From: Candidatus Peregrinibacteria bacterium
Lineage (GTDB): Bacteria; Patescibacteriota; Gracilibacteria; UBA1369; LOWO2-01-FULL-3
DNA: 37,545 bases
NCBI GenBank assembly: GCA_007133095.1
Contig: SLNK01000009.1
Span: 1-37,545, forward strand
Direction of reading: 5' to 3'
Shown: positions 37,018 to 37,545 of the stretch, piece by piece
Position numbering within the stretch: the stretch's first letter is position 1
Layout of the letters: every line of letters starts with the position of its first letter
The notes under the pieces: generated by a model
Told to the model about the DNA's origin: nothing
The model's database searches: none
The model's input: only the letters and a program-made list of their open reading frames with translations
Position numbers and translations under genes: made by a program

Positions 37018-37545
37018 TTACAGCCCCGACTTATCCGCCCAGCCAGCAGGATCTTTCTTAAAGTCCAAAACGGTTTCAAGCTGATCAGCGGGAATGTCTC
37101 CGTTCTCGGAAGCAACCCCGATTATGTTTGAATAATTCGTAAGAGAAGTAAGTCTCAACCCGTTTTCCGCAAAAACATCAAAAGATTTTGGGATTTCCCA
37201 AGTCACAATCGCAAGAATATCGATAACCTCGCATCCTCCTTCATCCCTGACCGCATTCGCGGCGGCAACGGAAGATCCACCGGTGGAAATCAAATCCTCA
37301 ACAATAAGCACTTTTGATCCTTTCTCAAGATGGCCTTCAATTTGCTTCCCCGCGCCGTGTTCCTTCTTCGCCGGACGAATATAAATCATCGGCTTCCGAA
37401 GTTCCTGAGCCAAAAACGCCGCCCACGGAATAGCCGCAGTCGCGGTTCCTCCAACAACATCAAAAACAATATCTTTATCATCGATTATCTTTTTGAAAGA
37501 TTCTATTATTTTCTCCCGCGCATCCACAAATCCTATCAATTTTCT
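37018..37545 (-). CDS. pyrE: Orotate phosphoribosyltransferase, 5' partial (N-terminus beyond the window end)
   Basis: The PRPP-binding motif KVLIVEDLISTGGS and VVGGTATAAIPWAAFLAQELRKPMIYIRPAKKEHG are typical of OPRT. Only ~28 aa precede the GG..IP segment, so the true start is probably outside the window. Confidence 0.88.
   Translation of the reverse strand, partial: RKLIGFVDAREKIIESFKKIIDDKDIVFDVVGGTATAAIPWAAFLAQELRKPMIYIRPAKKEHGAGKQIEGHLEKGSKVLIVEDLISTGGSSVAAANAVRDEGGCEVIDILAIVTWEIPKSFDVFAENGLRLTSLTNYSNIIGVASENGDIPADQLETVLDFKKDPAGWADKSGL

Noticed and set aside
37005-37115. The longer pyrF start at 37115 (349 aa).
   Set aside because: It would overlap pyrE by ~100 nt and add 37 residues with no family resemblance. 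MENFADRL... at 37004 gives the normal distance to the CVGLDP motif.
1-37545. Alternative genetic code (UGA recoded as in code 4 or code 25), CRISPR arrays, tRNA or rRNA genes, and defence or mobile-element genes.
   Set aside because: - TGA cleanly terminates conserved genes at their expected lengths, for example infA, rpmJ and the permease.
- I found no direct-repeat and spacer periodicity and no cloverleaf-capable sequences in the intergenic gaps.
- Every ORF above 60 aa on the coding strand has a housekeeping assignment.

Overview
This window is an almost entirely plus-strand housekeeping block from an A/T-rich, tightly packed genome. In order it holds:
- a 5'-truncated TIM-barrel gene and a MacB/FtsX-type ABC ATPase plus permease;
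- rpoB-ssb-rpoC-rpsL-rpsG-fusA-tuf;
- a terminator, a promoter and a leader, then rpsJ;
- an inserted CaCA (Na+/Ca2+ exchanger family) membrane gene;
- a second promoter and leader, then rplC-rplD-rplW-rplB-rpsS-rplV-rpsC-rplP-rpmC-rpsQ-rplN-rplX-rplE-rpsN-rpsH-rplF-rplR-rpsE-rplO-secY-adk-map-infA-rpmJ-rpsM-rpsK-rpsD-rpoA-rplQ-rplM-rpsI;
- trmD, a catalytically degenerate P-type-ATPase-like membrane protein, and rsmA;
- pyrF-pyrE on the minus strand, convergent with rsmA.

I found no rRNA, tRNA, CRISPR array, transposase or recognisable defence genes. TGA is used as a stop codon, so the code is standard. rpmD (L30) is absent between rpsE and rplO, and Shine-Dalgarno motifs are essentially missing. 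Together with the compact layout, this suggests a Patescibacteria/CPR-like organism; that is inference only.

I do not see a multi-gene novel system. The signals the gene map leaves unexplained are:
1. Two ~153-nt GC-rich palindromic elements (2738-2891 and 32674-32826). Each has a 32-33 bp near-perfect inverted repeat around an ~88-nt core of small hairpins. Two smaller GC-rich hairpin islands (11580-11664 and 28912-28946) look related. Three of the four loci share the 11-mer CGCCGAAGGCG or its complement.
2. Breaks in otherwise highly conserved gene order: ssb sits between rpoB and rpoC, and a transporter sits between rpsJ and rplC.
3. An attenuator-like rpsJ leader.
4. A long intact ORF that looks like a dead, N-terminally truncated P-type ATPase.

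Most long minus-strand ORFs in the supplied track are antisense shadows of purine-rich plus-strand genes.
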